DNA from: a virus
Lineage: Duplodnaviria; Caudoviricetes
Virus record (IMG/VR): IMGVR_UViG_3300036761_004206
Span: 1-59,479 of that record
DNA: 59,479 bases
Strand: one strand, 5' to 3'
The translations under genes and the position numbers were made by a program. Below are positions 27,624-38,182 of the stretch, one piece after another; the first letter of the stretch is position 1; the number at the start of each line of letters is the position of its first letter. The notes beneath the pieces were generated by a model. That model searched no databases and had not been told where the DNA came from. It was given only the letters and a program-made list of their open reading frames with translations.

Positions 27624-28224
27624 TATTGTTTCCTAATTTAATATGTAGCCAAGAATCTGATAGTTTGTTTTTTGGAGTTATGATCTCAACATTATTAAGA
27701 AATATTTCATTTACTGCTTGTACTACACCATTGAATTTTGGGCTATAGTCATGGCCAGCAATTATACCTTTGTTTTTAATTTTTGGATACCAAGATTTTA
27801 TGTCTGATAATACTGCCTCATATAAATGAGAGGCGTCGATAAAAACAAAATCTATAGATTTATCTTTAAAAGACTTGGCAGCTTGAATTGAGGATAATTG
27901 AATTGGTTTAACGTATTGTTGTAATCCGCAATTAACTATGTTCTGCCAAAATACAGGGAAAATATTGTTATTGTATTGTTTGGCTGTCTTTTTTTGAGTT
28001 TCAGATTCTTCTGAACCTTGCCAAGTATCTACGACATAAAAAGTGATTGATTTGCCAGAATCTGCAATTTTTTGTGCCATGTAAGCTGTGGATTTTCCAA
28101 ACCAGGCACCGATTTCAACAAATACGCTATCGGGTTTGGATTGGTCGATTGCCATATCATAAATGTTTGAATAATCAAACCACCCAGGTATATTATTCCA
28201 TTGACTGTTTTTTATATTCTTCAT
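27583..28224 (-). CDS. class I SAM-dependent methyltransferase (Methyltransf_24-like)
   Basis: VEIGAWFGKST, VDTWQG, DFVFIDASHLYE.V..DI..W, GIIAGHDY. Confidence 0.9.
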   Translation of the reverse strand: MKNIKNSQWNNIPGWFDYSNIYDMAIDQSKPDSVFVEIGAWFGKSTAYMAQKIADSGKSITFYVVDTWQGSEESETQKKTAKQYNNNIFPVFWQNIVNCGLQQYVKPIQLSSIQAAKSFKDKSIDFVFIDASHLYEAVLSDIKSWYPKIKNKGIIAGHDYSPKFNGVVQAVNEIFLNNVEIITPKNKLSDSWLHIKLGNNNDRYNNHSHSDLQ

Positions 28225-29035
28225 AAACTCTTAAAAATTCCAATTCAGAATCTGGCCAAAAATAAGTTGCGCCTGATTGATGATAAATAAGCTTTTGTGG
28301 TCTTAATTTAATTTCTTTTATGTTTGATTTGTAATATTTTGTGTCGTAATTGTGCAAATCTCCTGTTTGTATAGCAAGCCACCGCCAACCTAGTTTTATG
28401 GCACAAATATATAGCAAAAACCCTGTGTCTATATGGCCATCAGGGTAAGGATATAAATTCATCAGTCCAGGCTCAAGTTTGTCGCAGCCTATAAAATAAC
28501 ATCCATCAAAATTTATCCCTGAAAGTGTAATTTTGTCTTTTAGGAAATTTTCATCAGGCAAACAGCTTTTCTTCACTAGAGTAAAAATTAAATTAGGAAA
28601 ACAGCCTTGGCAATGAAACGTTCCACCATATGCGCCTGGTAATGCACAACCTATAATATCTAAATTATATTTATCCATTAAGTTTTTTAGTATTGCTGGT
28701 GCATCTTCATAAAAAAATATATCAGGATGGCTTAATAGTAAATATTCATTTTTTGCTTCTTGAATTATATATTGTATAGCCAAGGCATGTTCGGCACTAA
28801 GCGCTGATAAAGAATTTGGAATTAGTTTTTGAAAATTGGATAAATTGTATTTTTGTCCAATCATTTTAACTTTTACATCATTAATATGAAATTCCTTGTA
28901 AAAAGATGGAGACTCTTTTACATCAAGGATAATGATTTCATTAACAGAGTTTGTTTTTTCTTGTAGTGATTTTAAGAATATCTCCAAGAACAATTTTGAT
29001 GTTGCCCCTACTGTGACTACGCACAAACTAATCAT
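28193..29035 (-). CDS. GT-A-like glycosyltransferase, array family A
   Basis: MISLCVV, EHALAI, YLLLSHPDIFF (DxD variant), IDTG, WRWLAIQT.D.HNY. Confidence 0.65.
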   Translation of the reverse strand: MISLCVVTVGATSKLFLEIFLKSLQEKTNSVNEIIILDVKESPSFYKEFHINDVKVKMIGQKYNLSNFQKLIPNSLSALSAEHALAIQYIIQEAKNEYLLLSHPDIFFYEDAPAILKNLMDKYNLDIIGCALPGAYGGTFHCQGCFPNLIFTLVKKSCLPDENFLKDKITLSGINFDGCYFIGCDKLEPGLMNLYPYPDGHIDTGFLLYICAIKLGWRWLAIQTGDLHNYDTKYYKSNIKEIKLRPQKLIYHQSGATYFWPDSELEFLRVYEEYKKQSME

Positions 29036-29817
29036 AAACTCTTTTCCCAGGATTCTTTGAACTCTTTTAAGGTGATTGGATTGCCTGCTGTACTGCTGGT
29101 CGCATGGTATAACAATTTATCATTTCCAAATTTTTCAGTTATTATATTTCCTCGATTATATTTTGTGGTGTAATTATGAACATCAATCGTTTGAAATGAC
29201 AACCATCTCCAGTTTTGCTGTTTTGCCCACAAACATAAAAAAGAACCAGTATCGAAGTCTCCGTCTGGTTTTGGAAATAAATGATGATATTTTGGATTTT
29301 CAGTTCTAATTAAGAACTTGCCATTTCTAATGGCTCCTACACCTTCGTCTCTAATTTCATTGTGGAGCCAAGTTTTATCAGGAAGCTCTGACTTCCTTAC
29401 TAACAAATTATATAAGCATGGGAAAAAGGTATATGCAAACTTTGCTGCGGAACAATGTGATACGCCGATGACATTTAATTTATACTTATCCATTAAATCA
29501 TAAAATATTTTATCCACATTGCAGTAATAGAAAGCATCAGGATCATGAAATAGCAAATATTCATTAGACGAGCGACTGATGCATTCGTGTAATCCAAGGC
29601 CGTGTTCGACACCCTGTTGGACTCTTGTTTCTTCTTTGGTCCCAAACTTTTTGAAGCTTATATTGCCAACAGTCCATTCTTCGTTAAAAGATGGCGGGGA
29701 ATCTGCTTTAGCCATGAGAACTTCATTAACCAATGAGGTTCTTTTTGTTACAGATTCTAAGTAGATAGGAAGATAATCTTCACAATCATCCAATATAGTC
29801 GTGCATATAGTTATCAT
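29032..29817 (-). CDS. GT-A-like glycosyltransferase, array family A
   Basis: EHGLGLHECI, HDPDAFY, IGVSH, FDTG, WRWLSFQT.D.HNY. Confidence 0.7.
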   Translation of the reverse strand: MITICTTILDDCEDYLPIYLESVTKRTSLVNEVLMAKADSPPSFNEEWTVGNISFKKFGTKEETRVQQGVEHGLGLHECISRSSNEYLLFHDPDAFYYCNVDKIFYDLMDKYKLNVIGVSHCSAAKFAYTFFPCLYNLLVRKSELPDKTWLHNEIRDEGVGAIRNGKFLIRTENPKYHHLFPKPDGDFDTGSFLCLWAKQQNWRWLSFQTIDVHNYTTKYNRGNIITEKFGNDKLLYHATSSTAGNPITLKEFKESWEKSL

Positions 29818-30815
29818 GTTTTATATTTGCTCGGCAAATACTTGTCGTACAGTGGGCCATAATCAGGGTGTGCGTAGATTTCTTTCTCTAATGCTTTGAT
29901 TTGTGGTTGGTATTTCATGATTTTTCGCTGTTTGCCAGTATCAATTTCCCAACTCATAGCCCCAAAATGGATAATATCCAATGGCATTGGAGCAAAATGA
30001 TAACCCTTCTGAACCGCATTATAATAATGCCATGCTCCCATTTCCATACTGATAAAATCGTAAGATTTTTCTAATTGGGGTACGTCATACCCTAAAGCTC
30101 CCAAGTCTTTGTAATATTGGAAGAATTTCTCTACGTCTCCTACTCGTTCGTGGAGCTTGAATGGCGGTGTATTGATGTGATATCCACACCATGAAGACCC
30201 CATTTCGCTCATATACTTTTTACGACAGCAGAGGAAAAGACAGAGCAAATGTGGGAAACGTAGTAGTGGTTTATCAATATGGGTGGTGGAGTCACACTTA
30301 GCACATAACAAAGTAATTGGGTTATTTTCAGCATAAGCTATGATTACATTTGGGTCATTGAAAAACGTCTTTTCAACCACCCGCATCCAGTCATTTTGGC
30401 AGATAATTAAATCATCATGCATGATGAGATAACTGTCCGTATGGACCCAAGGGATTGCCATTTCTACAGCTTCAGGATGGCCTATTCTACTCCAGACGCG
30501 GATAACAGTGATCGGCATGTCCCGTTTTGCTTTAGGAGAATCAACATGATACCATTTTAATTTTCGCAAATCTTCTAAGAAGGCTTGCTTTGTATCACCA
30601 ATTGTTACATCACCAGTTCTTTTATCAGGGCCATTGATACAAACTATAAAATGCTCCATATGATCTTTCACTTTTGTTCTTAATAAAAGTGAAAAGGTAG
30701 ACCATAAAAGACACTCTATAGGCCCGCTTGAAGTTGGATAAATAACTGTTAATTTTTCTGGAATGCTGGTAAGTTCTGCCGCTTCCTCTATTGAGCAAAC
30801 CATATGTGGATGCAT
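29814..30815 (-). CDS. GT-A-like glycosyltransferase, array family B
   Basis: HPHM..IEE, CLLWS.FSLLLR, CINGPD.RTGD, RVWSRIG, YLIMHDD; close paralogue of 30819-31829. Confidence 0.7.
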   Translation of the reverse strand: MHPHMVCSIEEAAELTSIPEKLTVIYPTSSGPIECLLWSTFSLLLRTKVKDHMEHFIVCINGPDKRTGDVTIGDTKQAFLEDLRKLKWYHVDSPKAKRDMPITVIRVWSRIGHPEAVEMAIPWVHTDSYLIMHDDLIICQNDWMRVVEKTFFNDPNVIIAYAENNPITLLCAKCDSTTHIDKPLLRFPHLLCLFLCCRKKYMSEMGSSWCGYHINTPPFKLHERVGDVEKFFQYYKDLGALGYDVPQLEKSYDFISMEMGAWHYYNAVQKGYHFAPMPLDIIHFGAMSWEIDTGKQRKIMKYQPQIKALEKEIYAHPDYGPLYDKYLPSKYKT

Positions 30816-30818
30816 AAA

Positions 30819-31829
30819 TTAATTCTCCTGTAAATCTGCTGGAAGATATTTTTTATAAAGCACTGAATATTCAGGGTGGCCTAAAATTTCTTTTTCCAAT
30901 ATTTTAATTTCTTCATTATTAGCTTTTATTTTTTCCATTCGCATTTCGGGCGTAGTATCAAAGCGACTCATACCTTCTAAATGTAAAATAGTGTCTGATG
31001 GAAGTTCTGCGAACTTATATCCAGCTTGATATAACTTGTAATAAATCCATGCCCCAATCTCTTGCCTTACAAAGTTATAAAGTTCTGTTTTAATTATAGG
31101 TTTATCATAGAGTCCTTGGTCTTTCCAGAACTTCTCAAATTCCGCAATACTCCCAATCTCTTCTAGATCAAATTGGAGCATGTTTTCGTCTGAGGGAATG
31201 TGATAACCCCGCCACAATGCTCCCACTTTCATTATGTCTTTTTTCTTACATACAACGAATGTTGTCTGAAGCTGTGGCAAACGGACAAGATACATTCCAC
31301 GGTGAATAGCGTGATCGCAGATGCAACCATGTAGAGGCGGCACATAAGCCAGTGCAACCTCTTCCTTGTTGTAAAACTTATCCTTAATTTCTTTGTCCCA
31401 ATCCTTGTTTAACAATATTACATCATCGTGCATGATGCAGTAAGCATCGGTATGCACCCAATTCAAAGCCATCTCAAACACTTCTGCATAACCAACACGA
31501 CTCCAAACACGAATGACTGTAAGCGGCATTTGCTTGCGTAATGTTGGGTTGGCTGTGTGATACCATTCTAAGTCTCTCAACTCTTCTAGGAATTTTTGTT
31601 TCTGATCTTGCATTTTGGTATCACCAGTTCGTTCATCTGGACCATTGATACAAACACAAAAATGCTCCATCATACCATGAGGCTCGCTCCTTAGAAGCAG
31701 AGAGAAAACAGACCAAAGCAAGCACTCCATGCTTGAATTTCTGGTCGGAATGACCATCGTTATTTTTTCTTTTAGATGCGTTAGTTCAACACATTCCTCA
31801 ATTTTTAATGCCATATGCGGATGAGACAT
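30819..31829 (-). CDS. GT-A-like glycosyltransferase, array family B
   Basis: VIPTRN, CINGPDERTGD, RVWSRVG, YCIMHDD, E.GAW. Confidence 0.7.
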   Translation of the reverse strand: MSHPHMALKIEECVELTHLKEKITMVIPTRNSSMECLLWSVFSLLLRSEPHGMMEHFCVCINGPDERTGDTKMQDQKQKFLEELRDLEWYHTANPTLRKQMPLTVIRVWSRVGYAEVFEMALNWVHTDAYCIMHDDVILLNKDWDKEIKDKFYNKEEVALAYVPPLHGCICDHAIHRGMYLVRLPQLQTTFVVCKKKDIMKVGALWRGYHIPSDENMLQFDLEEIGSIAEFEKFWKDQGLYDKPIIKTELYNFVRQEIGAWIYYKLYQAGYKFAELPSDTILHLEGMSRFDTTPEMRMEKIKANNEEIKILEKEILGHPEYSVLYKKYLPADLQEN

Positions 31830-31864
31830 TTTAACACCTTTGCAATACAGTTATTATGATGATA

Positions 31865-32689
31865 TTAGCAGTCTTGGTCAACTGAATTTTTATAGGCTTC
31901 TGTGAAAGACAAGAAACGCTCCTCTCTCAAGGTCGCAAGCCATGTATGATAGAGTAACTTTTTGTTTGGTATGCCTTTAGGTTTAAAATTACTCTTATAG
32001 TATTTGCTGTAATATGTGTTACAATCGGGTGTCTGGAAAGACAGCCAATTATAATTCTTCTCTTTTGCCCAAACTAACAGGTTACAACCCGTTTCGTAGT
32101 GTCCAGTTGGGTTTGGGAATAATGATTTGTATTTTTCAGGGGTATCTGGATAAAAGTATCTGTCTGGTATTTTATCTTGGTAAGTGTTGTCATCGGACAA
32201 TAACCCTAGATCAAAGTCTGATAAAAACCTTCTAGTTGGCAAGTATTCTTTCTTGGTGAATAAGTTCATTATACATGGAAAATAGCCGATAGATTGTGCC
32301 AGAGCATCTGGCCTGGAAATACCAATGAAGTTAAGATCATGTTCATGTGCTAGTTTTAGATAAAACTCATCAATATTAGTGTAAAAGAAGATATCAGGGT
32401 CTGAAATCAACACATAGTCGTTCTTGGCTAACTCAACGCCTTGGTGCAGACCATGAGCATGTTGGGCGCACATAGAAGTGACACTGCATACCTTGAAAAT
32501 GTCGTGTCGCCCACCCACCATGCGAAACGTAATTTTACCTTCTCTCCAAGTAGTGTTTATGCTTTCTCCCATTTCGGCGTTGATTATTACGACTTCATTA
32601 ACCACGGTGGTAGATTCGACAATAGATTTACAGAAAATTTTGGTAAAAGGTTCTAGTTTATTTAAAGTTACTGTGCAAACACTAATCAT
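31865..32689 (-). CDS. GT-A-like glycosyltransferase, array family A
   Basis: QHAHGLH, ISDPDIFF, YETG, WLSFQTPD. Confidence 0.7.
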   Translation of the reverse strand: MISVCTVTLNKLEPFTKIFCKSIVESTTVVNEVVIINAEMGESINTTWREGKITFRMVGGRHDIFKVCSVTSMCAQHAHGLHQGVELAKNDYVLISDPDIFFYTNIDEFYLKLAHEHDLNFIGISRPDALAQSIGYFPCIMNLFTKKEYLPTRRFLSDFDLGLLSDDNTYQDKIPDRYFYPDTPEKYKSLFPNPTGHYETGCNLLVWAKEKNYNWLSFQTPDCNTYYSKYYKSNFKPKGIPNKKLLYHTWLATLREERFLSFTEAYKNSVDQDC

Positions 32690-33509
32690 TTTCTTCTTCC
32701 TTGGATTTACTGTACATTTCTTTCATTAATGCGGGATCGCGTCTTACATCATGGTAAATTATTTTTTGGAATGGGATTCGATCTTTGATTTTAACACTTC
32801 CTCTAAAATACTTGGTAGTGTAGTCGTGGGCGTCATAAGTCTGGAACGCAACCCACCGCCAGTTTTGCTCGATGCCCCAATAACAAAGATTTATAGATGT
32901 GTCAAAAAATACGTCTGGTTTTACATTTGGGAACTTATGCCACAACCCAGGTATTGGACTTGAAACAAGATACTTTCCATCGGCTAATTCATATACTGAA
33001 TCATCTGCATTTAATTGCTCAACCATGATGCAGCCATTGCGGAACTTCAATTGTCCTTTCAGGAAGTTTTTATCTGGTAAATCCTTCTTTCGTACTAGCG
33101 AATTCATTACATATGGGAAATAAGAGTAAGCATTGGCTACTGCGGAGTGGTGGGAACACCCAACGTAGTGTAAATCGTATTTTTCCATAAGTCTCAGGTA
33201 TAGATCATCAACTGCCGCATACCAGAAAACGTCAGGATCGCAGAATAGAATATACTCTGTTTCAACTCGATCAATACAGGCATGAAGGCCAAGTGAATGT
33301 CCGTGTTCTCCAAAATTGATGGGAGCGTAGAATTTCTTGAAACGAATGCCTTTCTTTTCGTACTCTTCAATTGTGCTGGTGTCTGTAGATGCCACTGTTT
33401 GTGCAATGAGAACTTGGGTTACATGTTGACTGTGTTCCAACACAGACTCTAGAAGAGTCTCAAGCCACCCCTCATATCCTTCTGGCGCAACTGTACAAAC
33501 TGTTATCAA
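32682..33509 (-). CDS. GT-A-like glycosyltransferase, array family A
   Basis: HSLGLHACI, FCDPDVFW, VGCSHH, FDTS, WRWVAFQT.D.H.Y. Confidence 0.7.
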   Translation of the reverse strand: MITVCTVAPEGYEGWLETLLESVLEHSQHVTQVLIAQTVASTDTSTIEEYEKKGIRFKKFYAPINFGEHGHSLGLHACIDRVETEYILFCDPDVFWYAAVDDLYLRLMEKYDLHYVGCSHHSAVANAYSYFPYVMNSLVRKKDLPDKNFLKGQLKFRNGCIMVEQLNADDSVYELADGKYLVSSPIPGLWHKFPNVKPDVFFDTSINLCYWGIEQNWRWVAFQTYDAHDYTTKYFRGSVKIKDRIPFQKIIYHDVRRDPALMKEMYSKSKEEEND

Positions 33510-34444
33510 TTTCCCCCCTCATCTTGATATACTTTTTGGAATGTTTCAAAGTCACGGTATCTTCCAAACTGATGATAAATTAATTTTTGTACCTTGAATT
33601 TATCTTTAATTGAAAAATTAGACCTGTAACAAGATGTTCTATAATAGTGACAGTCTGGAGTTAAGAAAGAGAACCATCTCCACTTTTTTTCTAATGCCCA
33701 AATATACAAATTGCTGCCTGTATCAAAATCTACACCGCCGCACACAAACTTTTTATAATGATCTAGCAATATCCCCCTGATTAACCATTTCCCATGAGCA
33801 GGAACCTTGCATTCAGCAAGCGTGGTTTCTATGCCTGGAACATATCTTAATTCACCGTGATAATATAATTCTTTATTTAAGAAATCATTATCTGGCAAGT
33901 CATGCTTCTTGACCATAGAATTTGCCATGTACGGGAAATGTCCACAAGCTACGTTAGCGGATTCGTGAGCGCAGCCGATGTAATGTAAGGAATATTTTTG
34001 CATTAAGTCAAGGTAAATTTCATCAACATTGTCGAGAAAAATGATGTCAGGATCACAAAATAGAATATATTCCTGAGTAGCACATTCTATGCATTGGTGA
34101 AGTCCGAGAGCATGTCCAAAACATGTAATAATTTTATCAATAGATATATTAACTAACTTTTCCACGTCCGCAGCTTGTAAAACGTGGGGCATAGCCGCGA
34201 TTTCTCTTGATATATTGAAATTTATTAGCGGGTAATGAATCCCTAATAAATCATATCCTAATTTTATAATTTTTACACCGTCTTGTTCGTGGATTTCATA
34301 GGATTTGGGGGAGTCAATACATGTTATGATAATTTCTTTTACATATTTAAGTTTTTTGATCGCAGACTTAATCATTAAATCCATATATGGATTTAACAAT
34401 TCAGTGGAAACGGTACATAGACTTATATCATTCATCTGATTCAC
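33506..34444 (-). CDS. GT-A-like glycosyltransferase, array family A
   Basis: GHALGLHQCI, FCDPDIIF, IGCAH, FDTG, WRWFSFLTPDCHYY. Confidence 0.7.
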   Translation of the reverse strand: MNQMNDISLCTVSTELLNPYMDLMIKSAIKKLKYVKEIIITCIDSPKSYEIHEQDGVKIIKLGYDLLGIHYPLINFNISREIAAMPHVLQAADVEKLVNISIDKIITCFGHALGLHQCIECATQEYILFCDPDIIFLDNVDEIYLDLMQKYSLHYIGCAHESANVACGHFPYMANSMVKKHDLPDNDFLNKELYYHGELRYVPGIETTLAECKVPAHGKWLIRGILLDHYKKFVCGGVDFDTGSNLYIWALEKKWRWFSFLTPDCHYYRTSCYRSNFSIKDKFKVQKLIYHQFGRYRDFETFQKVYQDEGGN

Positions 34445-35204
34445 TAGAATATTGTTTGTATGTTTTTAAGAATGGCTCCCACGCCTCTACCTCAATTGCA
34501 CCACTGACAGCATGATGCAATAAGTTTTGTGGTTTTAATTTCTCTGTAACCTTTACATTTCCACGATAGTATTTGCTTGTGTAGAGATGGGCATTGTGTG
34601 TCTGAAATGCCAGCCAACGCCAACTTCTTTCATGCGCCCATAACCACATTCCTGAGGCAGTGTCAAAATTACCAGTAGGATTAGGAAATGAGTCCTTTGT
34701 GTGACTTCCAACCCCGCTTTCAAGCCAAGATACTCTAAGATTTCCTTGCAACCATGTCTTGTCTGGCAAATCTTTCTTTTCAAACATGATATTGCCATGC
34801 CACGGGAAAAAAGTTCCACATAGTTCTGTCGCGGAATGGTGGGAACAGCCAATTGCTTGTAAATTATACTTAGTTTTTAAATTATAAAAGAATTCATCCG
34901 TTGCTGAAATAAAGAAAATGTCAGGGTCGCAGAGATAGACAACTTGGTTACTTGCCTTTGTAATAGCAAGGTCTAACCCGATACCATGCTGATCGCCGCA
35001 CGCCATCCCCGCCACCACTTCAACGTTGCCAAATCGCTTAAACTTAATGCCTTTTTCTGTCCATTCTTCATGAGTAGCAACAGGTAAGTCACTATTAACT
35101 AAAACAACTTCGGAAATCAGCTTGGTTTTATCAAGTATGGATTTGATGAATATTTGCTCGTAATGCTTGATTTTGTCGAGGGTGACTGCACATAGACTTA
35201 TCAT
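34428..35204 (-). CDS. GT-A-like glycosyltransferase, array family A (first gene of operon)
   Basis: QHGIGL, LCDPDIFF, IGCSHH, FDTA, WRWLAFQT..AH.Y. Confidence 0.7.
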   Translation of the reverse strand: MISLCAVTLDKIKHYEQIFIKSILDKTKLISEVVLVNSDLPVATHEEWTEKGIKFKRFGNVEVVAGMACGDQHGIGLDLAITKASNQVVYLCDPDIFFISATDEFFYNLKTKYNLQAIGCSHHSATELCGTFFPWHGNIMFEKKDLPDKTWLQGNLRVSWLESGVGSHTKDSFPNPTGNFDTASGMWLWAHERSWRWLAFQTHNAHLYTSKYYRGNVKVTEKLKPQNLLHHAVSGAIEVEAWEPFLKTYKQYSSESDE

Positions 35205-35314
35205 TTATGTTTCCTGCTTGTTTTATTTTAGATTAGTTTGACTATTGTAAAATTGAATTAGATTGTTGTGATTGGTGGATAAATAGATGTGTTCGTTTAC
35301 AGCGGAGGCCGATT

Positions 35315-35644
35315 ATGAAAAGGTTTAATTATGATGACGAAGAGTTCAAGGATGAGGACTTTCCTAACATTGATGATGATGATGATGGGGAAGAATTAAA
35401 CGCTGAATACCTGTCGATTCTTGAAAAGAGAGAATTGATCGAGGCAATAAAGCTTCAACTTATGCAAAAGGAGATTAATTTTGCAATTTTGATTGAAACT
35501 ATTAAGTATTTGAAAAAAACTTGGTTTTGGAGTTTTAAATCTTTGAATAAGAAACTCAATTTAATAATAGAGACGTATCAAACCTTCAAAGCGTTGGCTG
35601 ACATTGATGCGGCTCAATACCAAGAACAAGAAGAGTCTGAATAA
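35315..35644 (+). CDS. hypothetical acidic protein
   Basis: 109-aa ORF with GGAGG RBS. Confidence 0.7.
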   Translation: MKRFNYDDEEFKDEDFPNIDDDDDGEELNAEYLSILEKRELIEAIKLQLMQKEINFAILIETIKYLKKTWFWSFKSLNKKLNLIIETYQTFKALADIDAAQYQEQEESE

Positions 35645-35943
35645 TGCCGATCTATAGATTTGAATGTTTGAAATGCTCCTGTGCTTATGAGGAGCTAACA
35701 GATTACGACGAGACTGGCAAATATAAAGGTATTAAATGTCCGCAATGCAAGTCTAAAAAGAAAAAGCGGACATTTGACTATGATGTTGCCTGCGCCTTTG
35801 GCAATCCTAAAGAAAGTAGCAAGTGGGATAATTTTTCTTATCGTGCTGGTCACAATATGGAAGGTGCTAAAGCGTGTCGCCGCGCCGCTGAATCTAAATC
35901 ACATATGGGGACTAATCCATATAACAGTAAAAAATTAGATTAA
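35644..35943 (+). CDS. FmdB-family zinc-ribbon protein
   Basis: MPIYRFECLKC...YEEL...KCPQCKS. Confidence 0.85.
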   Translation: MPIYRFECLKCSCAYEELTDYDETGKYKGIKCPQCKSKKKKRTFDYDVACAFGNPKESSKWDNFSYRAGHNMEGAKACRRAAESKSHMGTNPYNSKKLD

Positions 35944-36010
35944 AATTTTTGAGATTATTCTTGTATTAGCATTAAGACCAATTTATAATCATAGTGATTA
36001 GGAGAAATCT

Positions 36011-38098
36011 ATGGAAAAGTGCCAGCATTTAAATCGTTTGGCTGCAAAGTTTAACAAAGATGAGTTCAAGGAATTACACGAAGAGATGTCCTTCGGAGAA
36101 TATTTAGATCGAGTTTATGAAAATCCGCTATTGATAAGAACCGCTTATCAGCGGCTGTATGACATGGTTATGGCTAAGGGATGCCATGAATTCAACCGTT
36201 ATAAGAAGAAACTAACCCATTATAACTTCTTTGACGACCCTGAAATCCCAATCTTCGGTTTGGAAGAAACACTTGATGAATTGGTTAAATTCTTCAAAGG
36301 TGCAGCAGGTGGATACGGCACCGAAAAGCGTGTTCTTTTGCTTCACGGGCCAGTCGGTTCGTCCAAATCAACCATTCTCCGTTGTATCAAGAGGGGTCTG
36401 GAGAAGTATTCCCGTCAGCCAGAAGGGGCTTGGTATTCATTCAAGTGGGTCAATTTGCCGACAGGTCCAACAGGCATTTATACTCACCATGAGAACGAAT
36501 GCCCAATGCACGAAGAACCGATCAAATTAATTCCAATAGCTTTCAGGAAGAAAGTTCTTCAGGAGTTGAATGAAGTTCTCCGTGACCAGACTGCTGATGA
36601 TAAGAAGAACATGGTTTATAGTTTGATTTGTGACGGCGAACTAGACCCACGTTGCCGTAAATTCATGGAAGAATTACTAAGGATCAATCACGGTGATTGG
36701 CAAGCCATTGTAGAAAATCACGTCAGAATAATCCGCAAAGTCTATTCAGAAGCCGACCGTTGCGGCATCGCAACCTTCCAGCCGAAAGATGAGAAGAACC
36801 AGGACGCTACAGAACTAACGGGCGATATTGCCTTCGATAAGATCGGCCACTTCGGAGCCGACTCTGATCCCCGTGCATTCAATTTCGACGGCGAATTCTG
36901 CGTTGGCAACCGTGGTGTTGTCGAATTCATTGAAATGTTGAAGCTGGCTCAAGAGTTCCTATATGACTTGCTAGGTGCAAGTCAGGAACGTCAGATTAAA
37001 CCTAAGAAGTTCCCACAGATTTCTATTGATGAAGCTATCATCGGCCATACAAACAATCCAGAATATGAGAGATTAAGAAATAACCAGTACATGGAGGCTT
37101 TGAAGGATCGTACCGTGAAGATTGACGTACCATATCTATTACGCTGGACAGATGAGATTAAGGTCTTAGAACAGGACTACGGCACTGGCAAAGTCCGTCA
37201 ACACGTTGCTCCACATACTCTTGAAATTGCTGCTCTTTGGGCGATTTTGACCCGTGTAGACGACGATAAGGACGGTAAGCTAACGCCAGTCCAGAAAGTC
37301 CGTTTGTATAACGGTGAAGCATTGCCAGGTTATACAGAAGATAGTGTTAAAGAATTAAGGGATAAACACCCGACTGAAGGCATGGCCAGTGGTGTTTCTG
37401 CTCGTTACGTTCAAGACAAGATTTCCAACTGTTTGAGCAACAATCACGACTATATAAATCCATTCATGGTTTTGCATGAAATTAAATCAGGCTTGGACAA
37501 CAATGCCTTAATTACCAAGAAGGAAGATTTAGCCAAGTACAACAGTTGTGTAGACCTGGCAGTTAAAGAATTGGACGAAATCCTTAAAGATGAGGTCCGA
37601 AAGGCGCTTGTGGGGGATGAAAAGGTAATCGAAAGACTTTGTGCGAATTATATTGAAAATATCATGTCTTATATTCGTAAGTCTAAGATTAAGAACAAGT
37701 TAACAGGCCGCGATGAACCACCAAATGAGCGTTTGATGCGTTCTATCGAAGAGAAGATCGGCATTCCAGACCAGGGAGTTGACGATTTCCGCCGCATGAT
37801 TGCTGCATTCATTGGTGATTTGGCTACGGATGGTAAGAGATTCAAGTGGGACAGTAACCCTGACTTGAAGAAGGCTTTGGAAGCCAAACTCTTTGAAGAT
37901 ACCAGGGATCATATCAAACTGTCTGCACTTAATGTCTCAGATGCTACAGTCGTTGCTCCTGATGTTCAGGACAAGATTGATGCTATTAAGAAGCGTTTGA
38001 TTGACCAGTATGGTTACAACGATAAGTCTGCTTCGGACGTGTTAGATTACGTCGGTAGCTTGTTCGCAAGAACATCTATGGAAGAAGAAGATAAGTAA
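36011..38098 (+). CDS. prkA: PrkA/YeaG AAA+ serine protein kinase
   Basis: RTAYQRLYDM, LLLHGPVGSSKST, CPMHEEP, FQPKDEKNQD..ELTG, SDPRAFNFDGE, NRG..EFIEMLK, EALKDRT, G.SARY. Confidence 0.95.
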   Translation: MEKCQHLNRLAAKFNKDEFKELHEEMSFGEYLDRVYENPLLIRTAYQRLYDMVMAKGCHEFNRYKKKLTHYNFFDDPEIPIFGLEETLDELVKFFKGAAGGYGTEKRVLLLHGPVGSSKSTILRCIKRGLEKYSRQPEGAWYSFKWVNLPTGPTGIYTHHENECPMHEEPIKLIPIAFRKKVLQELNEVLRDQTADDKKNMVYSLICDGELDPRCRKFMEELLRINHGDWQAIVENHVRIIRKVYSEADRCGIATFQPKDEKNQDATELTGDIAFDKIGHFGADSDPRAFNFDGEFCVGNRGVVEFIEMLKLAQEFLYDLLGASQERQIKPKKFPQISIDEAIIGHTNNPEYERLRNNQYMEALKDRTVKIDVPYLLRWTDEIKVLEQDYGTGKVRQHVAPHTLEIAALWAILTRVDDDKDGKLTPVQKVRLYNGEALPGYTEDSVKELRDKHPTEGMASGVSARYVQDKISNCLSNNHDYINPFMVLHEIKSGLDNNALITKKEDLAKYNSCVDLAVKELDEILKDEVRKALVGDEKVIERLCANYIENIMSYIRKSKIKNKLTGRDEPPNERLMRSIEEKIGIPDQGVDDFRRMIAAFIGDLATDGKRFKWDSNPDLKKALEAKLFEDTRDHIKLSALNVSDATVVAPDVQDKIDAIKKRLIDQYGYNDKSASDVLDYVGSLFARTSMEEEDK

Positions 38099-38168
38099 AA
38101 ATAAAATGGACTCACCCACGATTTATAGAAGTAATGCATAGTTATAGGTGGGTGAGTCCATTTTATTT
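38099..38168. repeat. 21-bp perfect inverted repeat with 28-nt spacer
   Basis: AAATAAAATGGACTCACCCAC (38099-38119) / GTGGGTGAGTCCATTTTATTT (38148-38168). Confidence 0.9.
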
Positions 38169-38182
38169 ATAAGGAGATTAAG

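Noticed and set aside
28193-35204. Diversity-generating retroelement behind the GT paralogues
   Set aside because: No reverse transcriptase and no near-identical template/variable repeat pair; the paralogues are diverged along their whole length
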